DNA from: an uncultured Fimbriimonadaceae bacterium
Lineage (GTDB): Bacteria > Armatimonadota > Fimbriimonadia > Fimbriimonadales > Fimbriimonadaceae
DNA: 39,500 bases
Direction of reading: 5' to 3'
Assembly: GCA_964583465.1 (NCBI GenBank)
Contig: CAZOVP010000005.1
Coordinates: 165,296 to 204,795, forward strand
Shown: positions 27,370-37,343 of the stretch, piece by piece
Numbering within the stretch: position 1 is the first letter of the stretch
Layout: each line of letters begins with the position of its first letter
Position numbers and translations under genes: made by a program
The notes under the pieces: generated by a model
The model's database searches: none
What the model was told of the DNA's origin: nothing
The model's input: the letters and a program-made list of their open reading frames with translations, nothing else

Positions 27370-28092
27370 TTATGATTTTCCTGTTTGGGTTGGAATTTCA
27401 AACTGGCAACCTGAAGTGAGTTGATCTGGGGCGGCATCAAGTCGCAAAAGTTTTCGCTCAGAATGGGTTAAGTCTGCAATTCGGTAGCTAAGTTCCTGGA
27501 GCATCGTTTTGCTGTATCCGGGATAGGATTTATCGATAGTCCCTCCTGGTGCAACAAGCGTTGTATAAACGCCCCGGTCGGCTTTGAACGCCTTGATTGC
27601 TGTGCAATCTGGGTCGCACAAAATGGTGAAGTCGGGCTTGACTTTCGTCCTCCATGCCTTGGCCTGATCAGAATTGCCGTTGATGATACCAACGACATTC
27701 AACTTTCCCCGGTAGTATTGCGAAGCAGAATCTACGAAGAGCTTGGCATTCAAGCAGCACGGACACTCTTTTTCAATAAAAAAGATCAGCAGTGGGCGGT
27801 CTTTCCAAAGACTCCGCAACTCAACCTCGATTCCAAATGGAGTCTCAAGAGTTTGGTTTGCAGCTTGATTTGAGACCATTCCATTTGCGACCTTCATCAT
27901 ATCATCGGTCACCGGGTGGTTTTTCTGTGGCCGAAGATTAAGTTTCAATTCATTTGAATCTTGGATATCATCGGAGGGCCATTTGATTACAAAGAGAGCG
28001 ATAGTCCCCGCGCATGCGACTGCGAGAGCATAACTAAAGAATTTTGGAATTCTCACGATCTCCACACCGACTTCAGTGTACGGGATTTTCAA
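27370..28092 (-). CDS. Membrane-anchored thioredoxin-fold protein (TlpA/redoxin-like) with CPCC active-site motif
   Basis: N-terminal TM helix (FFSYALAVACAGTIALFVI). Thioredoxin-fold context LLIFFIEKECPCCLNAKLF...VVGII. Confidence 0.6.
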   Translation of the reverse strand: MKIPYTEVGVEIVRIPKFFSYALAVACAGTIALFVIKWPSDDIQDSNELKLNLRPQKNHPVTDDMMKVANGMVSNQAANQTLETPFGIEVELRSLWKDRPLLIFFIEKECPCCLNAKLFVDSASQYYRGKLNVVGIINGNSDQAKAWRTKVKPDFTILCDPDCTAIKAFKADRGVYTTLVAPGGTIDKSYPGYSKTMLQELSYRIADLTHSERKLLRLDAAPDQLTSGCQFEIPTQTGKS

Positions 28093-28180
28093 AACTCTTG
28101 CTGTGACGTTCTAGATGAGAACAATTTCGGGGTATGTTGAATCTCCATCTGGTTCTTGTGAAACCGAATAAGACTCCGGT

Positions 28181-29737
28181 TTGGTATTTAGAGGAATTAT
28201 GAGATTTGTTCTTGCATCCAGTTTGATTCTGTTATCCGGCCTCGCGATGGCGGATACCGAGTATTCGGCCAGTAAAGTGAAATTGCTTGCCCACTTAGAT
28301 CTCACAGCTTTGTCATGTCGCTCGGGTAACACCTGTTGGGGTTATGTGAGCAAATCGGGTCGGGAATACGCTCTGATGGGTTGCAGCAACAAAATGGCTG
28401 TTGTCGATGTGACGAATCCTAAAGAATCGAAGCTCGTCGCCTCTGTTCCTCATTCTGATGGGCTTTGGTCAGATATCAAAGTTTATAAAGACACGGCTTA
28501 TGTTTCAACAGAGACCAGTGGAACTGGAATCCAAGTTATTGACCTCAGCAAGATTGATGATGGCAAAGCAACACTTATCCGAACCATTACAACGCCGGGT
28601 CGCTCCCACACCATTGCCTTAGACGAAAAGGCTGGATTTCTTTACACATGTGGAAGCAACGAGGGCGTCTCAAAGGGAGCGACCACTTGCTTTGACCTCA
28701 AAGATCCTCACGACCCTAAGCGAGTTGGGGCACCTACACTTACACCGGTTTATCAGCATGAATCGCAGGTTGTCACATATGACAGTGGCAAATACAAAGG
28801 TCGAACCATCTTTTTCGGGGGTGGTGAAGGCCGAGGTCTAGAGATTTGGGATGTCACAGATAAAGATAAGCCCTTCCTGGTTAAGAGGGTGGCCTATCCA
28901 TTCGTGGGGTATTGCCACCAAGGTTGGCTCAGTGCTAACAAAAAGTATTTCTATGTCAACGATGAATTTGATGAGAGTACCAATAGCATTGCGACGCGTA
29001 CTCTGGTTTTCGATGTCAGTGATCTTGATTTTGCAGATTTAGTATCGACATATACGACAGGGCGATCATCCATAGACCATAACCTCTATACAAGAAACGA
29101 CTTTATTTTTCACGCGAATTACACAACTGGGCTATGGATCTTTAACAGTAACGAGAACCCCCAGAGCCCCAAAGTCTGTGGGTTCTTCGATACTTTTCCG
29201 GCTGACGACAACCCACACTTTGATGGTGCCTGGAGCAACTACCCATTCCTGCCAAGTGGCACAGTTCTCATCAGCGATATCAATCAGGGTTTGTTTGTTG
29301 TTGATGCCAGCGAGGCCACAAGAACTCCGTTTCCCGTAACCAAAATGGCCGACAGCAAATCCGATCTTTCGATCGGCGACCTTTTAAGCATCGATGAAAA
29401 GGCTGTGGCGATCAAAGGATCGGGTTCGGCCTCATTCACATTCGAAGGGAAATGCAACTGGACAGGAATAAGCAAATTGGCAATTTCTCTCACTGGTCGG
29501 TCGATGAAAGGAGAAGTGAGCGGACACATTGAGTTCTATAACTTTGCTACCAAAGCTTATGAGCAAAAATCCGTCGTGAAATGGAGTGCCAATTCAGCTG
29601 AATCCACGATTAATGTGAAGGATCCCAACAAATATCTTGATCCAGCTTCAAAATCTTTGAGAGCAAAATTAACAATTGCAAACCAAGGAACTTGGTCGGC
29701 GCAAATTGATCAGGCCCAGTGGATTCTCAACCCATAA
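28181..29737 (+). CDS. Secreted LVIVD-repeat beta-propeller protein, paralog 3
   Basis: Collinear with paralogs 1 and 2 (NTCWGYVSKSGREYALMG, GTGIQVIDLSKIDD, FVGYCHQGW, FVVDASEATRT). Ends ...AQWILNP. Signal peptide begins at MRFVLASSLILLSGLAMA. Confidence 0.75.
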   Translation: MVFRGIMRFVLASSLILLSGLAMADTEYSASKVKLLAHLDLTALSCRSGNTCWGYVSKSGREYALMGCSNKMAVVDVTNPKESKLVASVPHSDGLWSDIKVYKDTAYVSTETSGTGIQVIDLSKIDDGKATLIRTITTPGRSHTIALDEKAGFLYTCGSNEGVSKGATTCFDLKDPHDPKRVGAPTLTPVYQHESQVVTYDSGKYKGRTIFFGGGEGRGLEIWDVTDKDKPFLVKRVAYPFVGYCHQGWLSANKKYFYVNDEFDESTNSIATRTLVFDVSDLDFADLVSTYTTGRSSIDHNLYTRNDFIFHANYTTGLWIFNSNENPQSPKVCGFFDTFPADDNPHFDGAWSNYPFLPSGTVLISDINQGLFVVDASEATRTPFPVTKMADSKSDLSIGDLLSIDEKAVAIKGSGSASFTFEGKCNWTGISKLAISLTGRSMKGEVSGHIEFYNFATKAYEQKSVVKWSANSAESTINVKDPNKYLDPASKSLRAKLTIANQGTWSAQIDQAQWILNP

Positions 29738-29747
29738 ATCAATATGG

Positions 29748-30314
29748 CTAGGCTTGTGGCGTCCCGTCTGGGATTCCACAACCAATGGCCGTTGTAAAAG
29801 GTTTTGAAACGGGTTGACCATCCAAAATTTCTTTGAGTGCGATCCTCAGGTCTTGACGAATGTCGCCTTCCCGCACTCGGCTGTGTTCGGTGTACATGTC
29901 GTTTATTCGACCACGATAGAGTAGTGATCCATCGGCTGAAACAACAGCAACTTCAGGGGTGATGGTCATTCCTAGTGCTTTCACCAAGATATGTTTTTGA
30001 TCCAAAAATGCCTGGCTCGGCATCTTAAAATCCACTCCATGCTGCTTGATTTCTTCAATCGTCACCGAATCGTCTACATAAATCCTGAAAAACGAAATCC
30101 CTTTTTCGTGGAAATCTTTATAAAGTCTCGACATTTCGGGGGAGTATCGATTACTGATCGGGCAGTCAACAGCAATAAAAAGTAGCACTGTGGCCTTTGC
30201 GGTCTTGTCGGGCAATTTAAGCTCCTTACCTTCAATGTCCGTCAGGTTTTGCGCCGGCAAATGAACTGGAGCGTCTTGCTTTAGCGCAAGAGAAAGTGCA
30301 AGCAGAGAAATCAT
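29748..30314 (-). CDS. Thioredoxin-fold protein (AhpC/TSA/redoxin-like) with CxxS (CPIS) motif
   Basis: ATVLLFIAVDCPISNRYSPEMSRLYKDF context typical of redoxin-like proteins, with a single active-site Cys. Convergent with paralog 3, with a 10-nt gap. Confidence 0.55.
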   Translation of the reverse strand: MISLLALSLALKQDAPVHLPAQNLTDIEGKELKLPDKTAKATVLLFIAVDCPISNRYSPEMSRLYKDFHEKGISFFRIYVDDSVTIEEIKQHGVDFKMPSQAFLDQKHILVKALGMTITPEVAVVSADGSLLYRGRINDMYTEHSRVREGDIRQDLRIALKEILDGQPVSKPFTTAIGCGIPDGTPQA

Positions 30315-30372
30315 ATGTCTATTTTGACGTCCGAGGCGGACAAAACGTTAACCCAAGTAAAATAAGTTTAAC

Positions 30373-31590
30373 TTGAAGCTTTATTCTTGGATTCTCTACG
30401 GGATTGCTCCTTTTTTGGCTGCGATCTTGTTTCCGAGCCCCGCAAAGGCTCCAGCAACCACGTTTTCCCAGGATATCAAGCCACTCATCGATCAAAAGTG
30501 CATTTCATGCCACTGCAAAGGCGGGAGTGCCCCATTTGCTTTGCAAACGTATGCCCAGGTGAAGAAACGATCTGAACTCTGCCAGCGAATGATGTTGACA
30601 CGAATGATGCCTCCTTGCCCTACATCATCGGAATTTGGAGAGTTTTGCGAAGGTGGTGGCCCGCTCACGGATTCAGAAGCTGTTGTGCTCCAAAACTGGG
30701 TGAACGGTGGATGCCTTGAAGGCGAAAAAACTGAGCCTAAAGCTGGGCTTGATCCCAAAGTCTGGATCAACGGTACTCCTGATATTATTGTCAAGCCAAA
30801 CAAAGTCGAGCCGATCCCAGAAGAGGGTCGACCTTATTGGATGGCTTATGTGATTCCCACAAAGAGCTTTAAAGACCGAAGAATTCAGGCTTTTGATTTC
30901 AAAGTCAAACAGCCGTTGGCCATAAGATCCATAGTTGTGGCGATGGCGAGGCCAGGACTTTTGCAAACGAAGAGAGCGAGGGAAGGGTGGACAACCGGTG
31001 GAAGTCTTGATGATGATGCCCAAACTTATTTAGGTGTTTGGGCGAGCGGATATCCAATTTGGAAGCTACCCAATGGTGTTTCTTTCCCAGTGACTAGCGA
31101 CGCCTTAGTCGTGCAAGTTTTGTATTGGCCAAGAGGCAAGGCCGAAAGTGGAGATTTCGAGCTTGGACTTTATTGGAGCAAAACAAAACATGAAAAGACT
31201 CCTGAATGGAAAACTCTCGGGCAAGAAGAGTTTTCAGTCCCGGCTCCGGGCTCATTGGTTCTTAATCCTTCTGGCGAGCTTCCCAACCACAGCGATATTC
31301 TCGCTGTCTTTCCAGAAGCGAGGTTTTTTTGCACAAGCATTCGGCTCTGGGCCAACGATAAGCTGATATTTATGACCCGGAGATGGGAACCCTATTGGCA
31401 GGGCCCAAACCGATTTGAAACGCCAATCAGGTTTGATGACAAGGCTTTGCTCAGAACCGAATTCAACTACGACAACGACATTCATATGGGTAGAAATGAA
31501 GGGCGGAGGCCCCGCCCCATTATGGGCGGAACACGAGAGCGGGATGAAATGTGTCGAATTCACGTACTCTATGTTCGATCTAAAACCTAG
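30373..31590 (+). CDS. Secreted mono-heme cytochrome c-like protein: N-terminal planctomycete-type cytochrome c (PSCyt1-like) domain plus uncharacterised ~290 aa domain
   Basis: Signal peptide, then IKPLIDQKCISCHCKGGSAPFAL with a CxxCH heme-binding motif, then a ...MMPPCP... segment as in PSCyt1 domains. The C-terminal part was not recognised. Confidence 0.6.
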   Translation: MKLYSWILYGIAPFLAAILFPSPAKAPATTFSQDIKPLIDQKCISCHCKGGSAPFALQTYAQVKKRSELCQRMMLTRMMPPCPTSSEFGEFCEGGGPLTDSEAVVLQNWVNGGCLEGEKTEPKAGLDPKVWINGTPDIIVKPNKVEPIPEEGRPYWMAYVIPTKSFKDRRIQAFDFKVKQPLAIRSIVVAMARPGLLQTKRAREGWTTGGSLDDDAQTYLGVWASGYPIWKLPNGVSFPVTSDALVVQVLYWPRGKAESGDFELGLYWSKTKHEKTPEWKTLGQEEFSVPAPGSLVLNPSGELPNHSDILAVFPEARFFCTSIRLWANDKLIFMTRRWEPYWQGPNRFETPIRFDDKALLRTEFNYDNDIHMGRNEGRRPRPIMGGTRERDEMCRIHVLYVRSKT

Positions 31591-32807
31591 AGAACGCGCA
31601 CTCCGTTCGCCCAAACCTGATTTGGCCTTGGCCCACAAATCCAGGTCGCAACTTCTTCCCAATCTGCCATCGGCCAAATTGAAAAGTCGGCCTTTGCACC
31701 AACTTCGAGACTTCCACGGTCGTAAAATCCTAAGGAGTCGGCTGCAGTGATCGTTACAGCTTTAAGGCACTCTTTGGGGGTCATGGAGAGCATTCGGCAA
31801 GAAAGGGCCATGACAAACGGAATCGAAGGAGTTGGCGATGAGCCAGGATTGAAATCGGTCGCAAGAACTACGGGGAGCCCAGCATCAAGCATGGCTCGGG
31901 CATGCGGATATTGGGTTAGACCAAGCCCTAGCACGCTGCCAGGTAGCAAAACTGGAAATGTGCCTGATTCCAACAGTGCACCGATTGCAGAATCATTCAT
32001 ATTTTCGAGGTGATCCGCCGACTTGGCCAGGCAACGGGCCGCAAATTGCGCACCAGAACCTTCAGTCAACTGATCAACATGGAGCCTGAGATCCAGCCCA
32101 CCGGCTCGGGCAGCAGTGAGAAACCTTTCTGTAGTGGCTTGATCGAAATATCCGGATTCTATAAACGCATCAACGGATGTAGCAAGTTTGGCGCGAGTGA
32201 CGATGGGCAGGATTTCGGAAATGACAAAGTCTGTGTAGTCGCTTGCAGATTCGAATTCTGGAGGAACCGCATGGAGCCCCAAAAACGTTGGGACGACACG
32301 CGATCCCAAGGTGTCGTTGACCATTTGGCAAAAGGTGGAATCGACTCGGTGAATGGCCAAGAGGAGATTGATTTCGGTTTCGACATCTTGGCCATAACCA
32401 GATTTGGCCTCAAGTGTCGTAGTTCCTGATTGAAGGCACCATGTGAGATGTTTGAGCCCAATTTGAAAAAGCTCTTCTTCAGATGTCTGGCGTGTCGCTT
32501 GGATAGTGCTTCTTATGCCACCACCAAGTGCTGATATATCTTGATATGATCGACCTTGCGAACGCCATTCTAGTTCACGAGACCGGTTTCCGCCAAAAAT
32601 AAGATGAGTATGTGCATCGACAAAACCAGGAAGCACCACACCCCCTTCGGCATCAAAAATATCGTCGACCGGTGGCGGTGTTCCAGTTCCAATTTCGATG
32701 ATGTTTGGGCCATTGATCACCAGAAAAGCATCTTTTGAGACAAGAAAGTCTTGGGAATGCCGCAAGTGCGTTGCAAACTGTCCAATATTGACGATTGCTT
32801 GGGCCAC
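31587..32807 (-). CDS. hutI: Imidazolonepropionase
   Basis: Amidohydrolase metal-binding motif VLPGFVDAHTHLIFGG, and overall collinearity with HutI. Neighbours are ftcD and hutU. Confidence 0.85.
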   Translation of the reverse strand: MAQAIVNIGQFATHLRHSQDFLVSKDAFLVINGPNIIEIGTGTPPPVDDIFDAEGGVVLPGFVDAHTHLIFGGNRSRELEWRSQGRSYQDISALGGGIRSTIQATRQTSEEELFQIGLKHLTWCLQSGTTTLEAKSGYGQDVETEINLLLAIHRVDSTFCQMVNDTLGSRVVPTFLGLHAVPPEFESASDYTDFVISEILPIVTRAKLATSVDAFIESGYFDQATTERFLTAARAGGLDLRLHVDQLTEGSGAQFAARCLAKSADHLENMNDSAIGALLESGTFPVLLPGSVLGLGLTQYPHARAMLDAGLPVVLATDFNPGSSPTPSIPFVMALSCRMLSMTPKECLKAVTITAADSLGFYDRGSLEVGAKADFSIWPMADWEEVATWICGPRPNQVWANGVRVL

Positions 32808-32854
32808 AGATTCTTTTACCCGCTCGGAGAATCAGAATTGCAGGTAGAAATATG

Positions 32855-34543
32855 ACTATGAGCCAGAGACTCGTCGAGTGTGTTCCCAATTTTTCTGAAG
32901 GAAGGGATCAGAGGGTAATCGATGCTATTGCCCAAGCGATCCGAGGTAGCGTTGGTGTTAAGCTGCTTGATGTTGACCCTGGTTATGCCACGAACCGGAC
33001 GGTTTATACTTTTGTAGGAGCCCCGGAAGATGTGATTGAAGCTGCGGTTGTCGCGGCTAAAGTTGGTGCCGAACTCATCGATATGACCAGGCATTCGGGC
33101 GAGCACCCTCGTTTTGGCGCCCTTGATGTTTGTCCGCTCATTCCAATTAGCGGAATCTCGATGGAAGAAACGGTGAATTACGCTCAGAAATTAGCTCAGA
33201 GATTAGGAGAAGAGGTTGGCATGTCCGTATATCTCTATGAAAACGCAGCTCGCGAGGAATACAGGCGAAACTTGGCCGATATACGCGCTGGAGAATACGA
33301 GGGCTTGGCAAAGAAGCTCGCTTCACCAGAATGGAAACCAGATTTTGGATCGCTCGTGTTTCAACCCAGGCTCGGTGCGACGGCCTGTGGTGCTCGAGAG
33401 ATTTTGGTGGCATACAACGTTAATCTCAACACGACTTCAACGCGAAGAGCCAATGCTGTGGCATTTGATGTCCGAGAAAAGGGCCGTGTTTGCCGAAAAG
33501 GCGATCCTCTAATCGGTGAAGTGATTCGAGATGAAAACGGGAATATCGTTTACGAACCCGGGCTCTTGAAAAATGTCAAGGCCATCGGCTGGTTTATCGA
33601 AGAATATGGACTTGCTCAGGTTTCGATGAACTTGACTAATATCAGCGAAACTCCTCTTCACGTTGCCTTTGAGGAAACCAACGAACGCGCTCGCGAGCGG
33701 GGCATGCGAGTGACTGGATCCGAGCTTGTGGGGCTTGTTCCACTAAGTTGCATGATCGAAGCAGGCCGATATTTTCTAAGAAAGCAACAGCGATCAACAG
33801 GTGTTTCAGATTCTGAACTCATTCATATTGCGATCACGAGCATGGGGTTGGATCAGCTTTCAGAGTTCGACCCAAACAAGAAAATTATTGAATATGCCAT
33901 GGAGGATGATTCGACCAAAAGGTTAGTCAATTTGACTGTCAAGGAATTTGTGGAGGAGACAGCTAGTGAATCGCCAGCGCCAGGCGGAGGATCTATTGCA
34001 GCAACAATGGGAGCTATGGGTGCCGCACTCGCGACAATGGTGGCTAACCTTTCTGCGCACAAGAGGGGCTGGGACGAAAGGTGGGAAGAATTTAGCGATT
34101 GGGCCGAAAAAGGAAAGCAGTATCACAGCCGACTGGTATCGCTTATCGACGAAGATACTGATGCTTTTAACGAACTCATGGCGGCATTTTCACTCCCTAA
34201 AGGTTCGGAAACCGAATTACTTTTGCGAAATGAATCGATTCAAAACGCTACGAAACGTGCCGTCGAGATCCCGTTGCTCGTGATGAAGAATGCCTGTGAC
34301 TCGATGCACGTTATAAAAGCTATGGCAGAAATCGGAAACCCAAACTCGGTGTCGGATGCAGGCGTTGGCGCATTGGCTGCAAGGTCGGCGGTTCTAGGTG
34401 CTTGGCTCAATGTGAAAATTAATTGTGGTTCCATCAAAGACGAATCGTTTGTCAATCAATCGTTATCACAAGGACAAGCAATTGTTAATCTGGCGATCGA
34501 ACGGGAAACGGAAATTCTCCAAATCGTTGATTCGAAGTTATGA
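32855..34543 (+). CDS. ftcD: Bifunctional glutamate formimidoyltransferase / formimidoyltetrahydrofolate cyclodeaminase (FTCD-like fusion)
   Basis: N-terminal VECVPNFSEGRD transferase motif. C-terminal cyclodeaminase motif SPAPGGGSIAATMGAMGAALATMVANL. Start placed at MTMSQRLVECVPNF; the track ORF extends to 32795. Confidence 0.85.
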   Translation, partial: TMSQRLVECVPNFSEGRDQRVIDAIAQAIRGSVGVKLLDVDPGYATNRTVYTFVGAPEDVIEAAVVAAKVGAELIDMTRHSGEHPRFGALDVCPLIPISGISMEETVNYAQKLAQRLGEEVGMSVYLYENAAREEYRRNLADIRAGEYEGLAKKLASPEWKPDFGSLVFQPRLGATACGAREILVAYNVNLNTTSTRRANAVAFDVREKGRVCRKGDPLIGEVIRDENGNIVYEPGLLKNVKAIGWFIEEYGLAQVSMNLTNISETPLHVAFEETNERARERGMRVTGSELVGLVPLSCMIEAGRYFLRKQQRSTGVSDSELIHIAITSMGLDQLSEFDPNKKIIEYAMEDDSTKRLVNLTVKEFVEETASESPAPGGGSIAATMGAMGAALATMVANLSAHKRGWDERWEEFSDWAEKGKQYHSRLVSLIDEDTDAFNELMAAFSLPKGSETELLLRNESIQNATKRAVEIPLLVMKNACDSMHVIKAMAEIGNPNSVSDAGVGALAARSAVLGAWLNVKINCGSIKDESFVNQSLSQGQAIVNLAIERETEILQIVDSKL

Positions 34544-35611
34544 CTTTTCTTCGGGATGGAGGAGTTTCCATGCCTCAACATATCGCTTTGTTTTAGGGTT
34601 CTTTTCGTTCCACCGAATGGTCGAATTTGAGTTTGCAACATTCCAGACCCCATTGCAAACTGATCTTACTATTTTGGCCATATTGTCGTAATCGAGTTTC
34701 GGCCATTCGTCTTTTACTCCGTGATAGTCTGGAAATTCATAGGCACAACTTATGGTGTTTGCGGGAACTCCGGCTGTGGCAAATGGGCCGTTATCGCTTG
34801 CAAAAAAGTACATGTCACTATTCTGCAAATGCTTGGACACTTTTACACCAAATGGTTTAGCATTCTTGGTCAAAATTTCGGAAAGATTTGTAAAATCAAA
34901 ACCAGTGAGATTAAACTCAGAAACCCGAGCACCCTCGGTGTCGTCCGTGCGCCCAATTTGCTCTAAATTGATGTCCACTACAGTATCTTTGAGCGGGAAT
35001 ACGGGGTTCTTGACATAATAAGATGATCCTCGCAGGCCCATTTCTTCGCCCCAAAAACACATAAACACAATGGTTCTTTTTGGTTTCAGAATTGCCAGGG
35101 CTCTGGCACATTCAAGCACGCCAGTTGTGCCACTCGCATCATCATTGGCTCCGTTAAAAATAAGGTCTAAGGGAGTTGACTCACCTTCCTTAGCGACTCG
35201 CATACCAAGGTGGTCGTAATGTCCTGAGACAATAACATAGGTCTTGCTCAACGTTTTATCAGACCCGGGGATCACTCCGATCACATTTTTGACAGCTCCC
35301 TTTTGACCAGTCCTTCTGTTTTCAAATTCTGTGACCTGAAAATATCCTTCAAGGCCCGGTATGTCCCCGCTTGAATTGAGAGCTTGTTTGGGAGTTTGGA
35401 GTCCCGCAATTTGGAACTGAGTCGCAATATATTCTGCAGCGATGTCGAGGCCCCTTGAAGGCGTGCCACGGCCTTCCAGCAAGTCGCTAGACAAGAATTT
35501 TTCGTGCGCCTGCAAGCTTGTAGGAGTAATGACCTCAAGGAATTTAGGAGCTGACTGTTCGTAAGCGACAATGGCTGAAGCAAGGAGAAGAGTGGCGGGC
35601 ATGAACAGCAT
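34538..35611 (-). CDS. Secreted M28-family zinc aminopeptidase
   Basis: Signal peptide. M28 motifs VIVSGHYDHLGM, NDDASGTTGVLE and FMCFWGEEMGLRGS. Confidence 0.8.
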   Translation of the reverse strand: MLFMPATLLLASAIVAYEQSAPKFLEVITPTSLQAHEKFLSSDLLEGRGTPSRGLDIAAEYIATQFQIAGLQTPKQALNSSGDIPGLEGYFQVTEFENRRTGQKGAVKNVIGVIPGSDKTLSKTYVIVSGHYDHLGMRVAKEGESTPLDLIFNGANDDASGTTGVLECARALAILKPKRTIVFMCFWGEEMGLRGSSYYVKNPVFPLKDTVVDINLEQIGRTDDTEGARVSEFNLTGFDFTNLSEILTKNAKPFGVKVSKHLQNSDMYFFASDNGPFATAGVPANTISCAYEFPDYHGVKDEWPKLDYDNMAKIVRSVCNGVWNVANSNSTIRWNEKNPKTKRYVEAWKLLHPEEKS

Positions 35612-35624
35612 TATGATCTATTGG

Positions 35625-37265
35625 CTAACTGTTCATCGGAACCTTGATGTCTGATCTCTTGGCAAAATTCTTTGCTTCATCATATCCAGCATCCACGTGC
35701 CTAATCACACCCATGCCCGGATCGGTTGTCAAAACTCTCTGTAGCCTTCTTTCGCAACTCTTTGTCCCATCCGCCACAACCACCATGCCCGAATGTTGAG
35801 AGTATCCAATTCCCACTCCACCACCATTGTGAACCGATACCCAAGAGGCACCAGCGCAGCAATTGATGAGCGCATTGAGGAATGCCCAATCTGAAACGGC
35901 ATCGGAACCGTCTTTCATGGCTTCGGTTTCGCGATTGGGCGAGGCAACGGAACCGCAATCAAGATGATCTCGCCCAATAACTACAGGGCACTCAATTTCT
36001 CCCGATTGCACCAAAGAGTTAAATCTTAGTCCGGCTTCGGCTCGTTCCCCATAGCCCAACCAGCAGATTCTTGCTGGCAGCCCTTGGAACTTTATTTTTT
36101 CATTGGCTTTTCTCATCCATCGATGAAGTTTTTCATTTTCTGGAAACAGGTCTAAAACTGCTTTGTCCGTTTTGGCAATGTCTTGTGAGTTGCCACTGAG
36201 GGCTGCCCAGCGGAATGGCCCTTTTCCCTCGCAGAAAAGTGGTCGGATATATTCCGGCACGAAGCCTGGGATATCAAAAGCATTCTTGACCCCCGCTTGC
36301 TCGGCATATGCTCTGATGTTGTTTCCATAATCAAACGTCACGGCACCTTGTCCTTTCATTTCGAGCATCGCACTGACATGAACGCCCATACTTTCGATGG
36401 ACTTTTGAATGCAAGTCTCCGGATCAGACTGAGACAGCTCTAACCATTTGGTAAGCGACATACCAGCCGGAACATAACCATGGAGAGGGTCATGGGCGGA
36501 GGTCTGATCCGTTAATACTTCAGGAATAATCCCTCGTCGAATCATTTCAGGAAGAACTTCAGCGCAGTTCCCCACAAGTCCAACTGAAATGTTTGGCCTT
36601 CCCTCAATCAAAGCCAGAGCCTCATCGAGGTTGAAGGCGATTTTGTCGCAGTATCCAGTTTGAAGCCTCTTTTCTATTCGAGAAGGATCAACATCAATGC
36701 CTAGATAGCATGCCCCGTTCATGGTTGCTGCAAGAGGCTGAGCTCCACCCATTCCACCCATTCCTCCACTGACAACCAGCTTCCCAGAAAGAGATCCTCC
36801 AAAGTGACGATCGGCACAAGCCGCAAATGTTTCGAATGTTCCTTGAACAATTCCCTGCGAGCCGATATAAATCCAGGATCCGGCGGTCATTTGCCCATAC
36901 ATCATCAGCCCCTTGGCTTCGAGCTCATGAAAGTGATCCCAATTCGACCACTTTCCAACCAAGTTCGAATTTGCGATGAGAACCCGAGGAGCGTCTTCAT
37001 GGGTCGTAAAAACCCCAACCGGTTTACCGCTCTGTACCAAAAGTGTTTCATCGTTTTCTAATTCGCGAAGCGATCTAACAATGGCTTCATAACAGAACCA
37101 ATTCCGGGCTGCTTTTCCTGTTCCACCGTAAACAACAAGGTCTTCTGGTCGTTCGGCCACGTCCGGGTCAAGGTTGTTCATCAGCATTCTTAGAGCTGCT
37201 TCTTGATGCCACCCTTTGCAAGACATCGCACCTCCTCTTGGTGCGCGAACGGTTTGGGCAATCAT
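35625..37265 (-). CDS. hutU: Urocanate hydratase
   Basis: N-terminal [32 protein letters not shown] and the NAD-binding [13 protein letters not shown] motif are characteristic of urocanase. Confidence 0.9.
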   Translation of the reverse strand: MIAQTVRAPRGGAMSCKGWHQEAALRMLMNNLDPDVAERPEDLVVYGGTGKAARNWFCYEAIVRSLRELENDETLLVQSGKPVGVFTTHEDAPRVLIANSNLVGKWSNWDHFHELEAKGLMMYGQMTAGSWIYIGSQGIVQGTFETFAACADRHFGGSLSGKLVVSGGMGGMGGAQPLAATMNGACYLGIDVDPSRIEKRLQTGYCDKIAFNLDEALALIEGRPNISVGLVGNCAEVLPEMIRRGIIPEVLTDQTSAHDPLHGYVPAGMSLTKWLELSQSDPETCIQKSIESMGVHVSAMLEMKGQGAVTFDYGNNIRAYAEQAGVKNAFDIPGFVPEYIRPLFCEGKGPFRWAALSGNSQDIAKTDKAVLDLFPENEKLHRWMRKANEKIKFQGLPARICWLGYGERAEAGLRFNSLVQSGEIECPVVIGRDHLDCGSVASPNRETEAMKDGSDAVSDWAFLNALINCCAGASWVSVHNGGGVGIGYSQHSGMVVVADGTKSCERRLQRVLTTDPGMGVIRHVDAGYDEAKNFAKRSDIKVPMNS

Positions 37266-37291
37266 AGGTTGATTTTACGGTATCAAAGACG

Positions 37292-37330
37292 AAAAAAATT
37301 AGCCCTCAAGGATGACTGATTCTTGAGGGC
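37292..37330 (-). terminator. Rho-independent terminator of the flotillin gene
   Basis: On the minus strand, a GCCCTCAAG-(11 nt)-CTTGAGGGC hairpin (37302..37330) is followed by TAATTTTTTTC (rc of 37290..37300), about 15 nt after the flotillin stop. Confidence 0.6.
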
Positions 37331-37343
37331 CGAAGTTCTCACT

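Noticed and set aside
23979-29737. Possibility that the three LVIVD paralogs represent a mobile or repeat element
   Set aside because: They are protein-level paralogs with diverged nucleotide sequence. There are no flanking inverted repeats and no transposase or integrase.
32795-32854. Upstream extension of ftcD (MLGPQILLPARRIRIAGRNMT...) overlapping the hutI start
   Set aside because: The conserved transferase N-terminus begins at MTMSQRLVECVPNF. The extension would overlap the divergent hutI start and is probably not translated.
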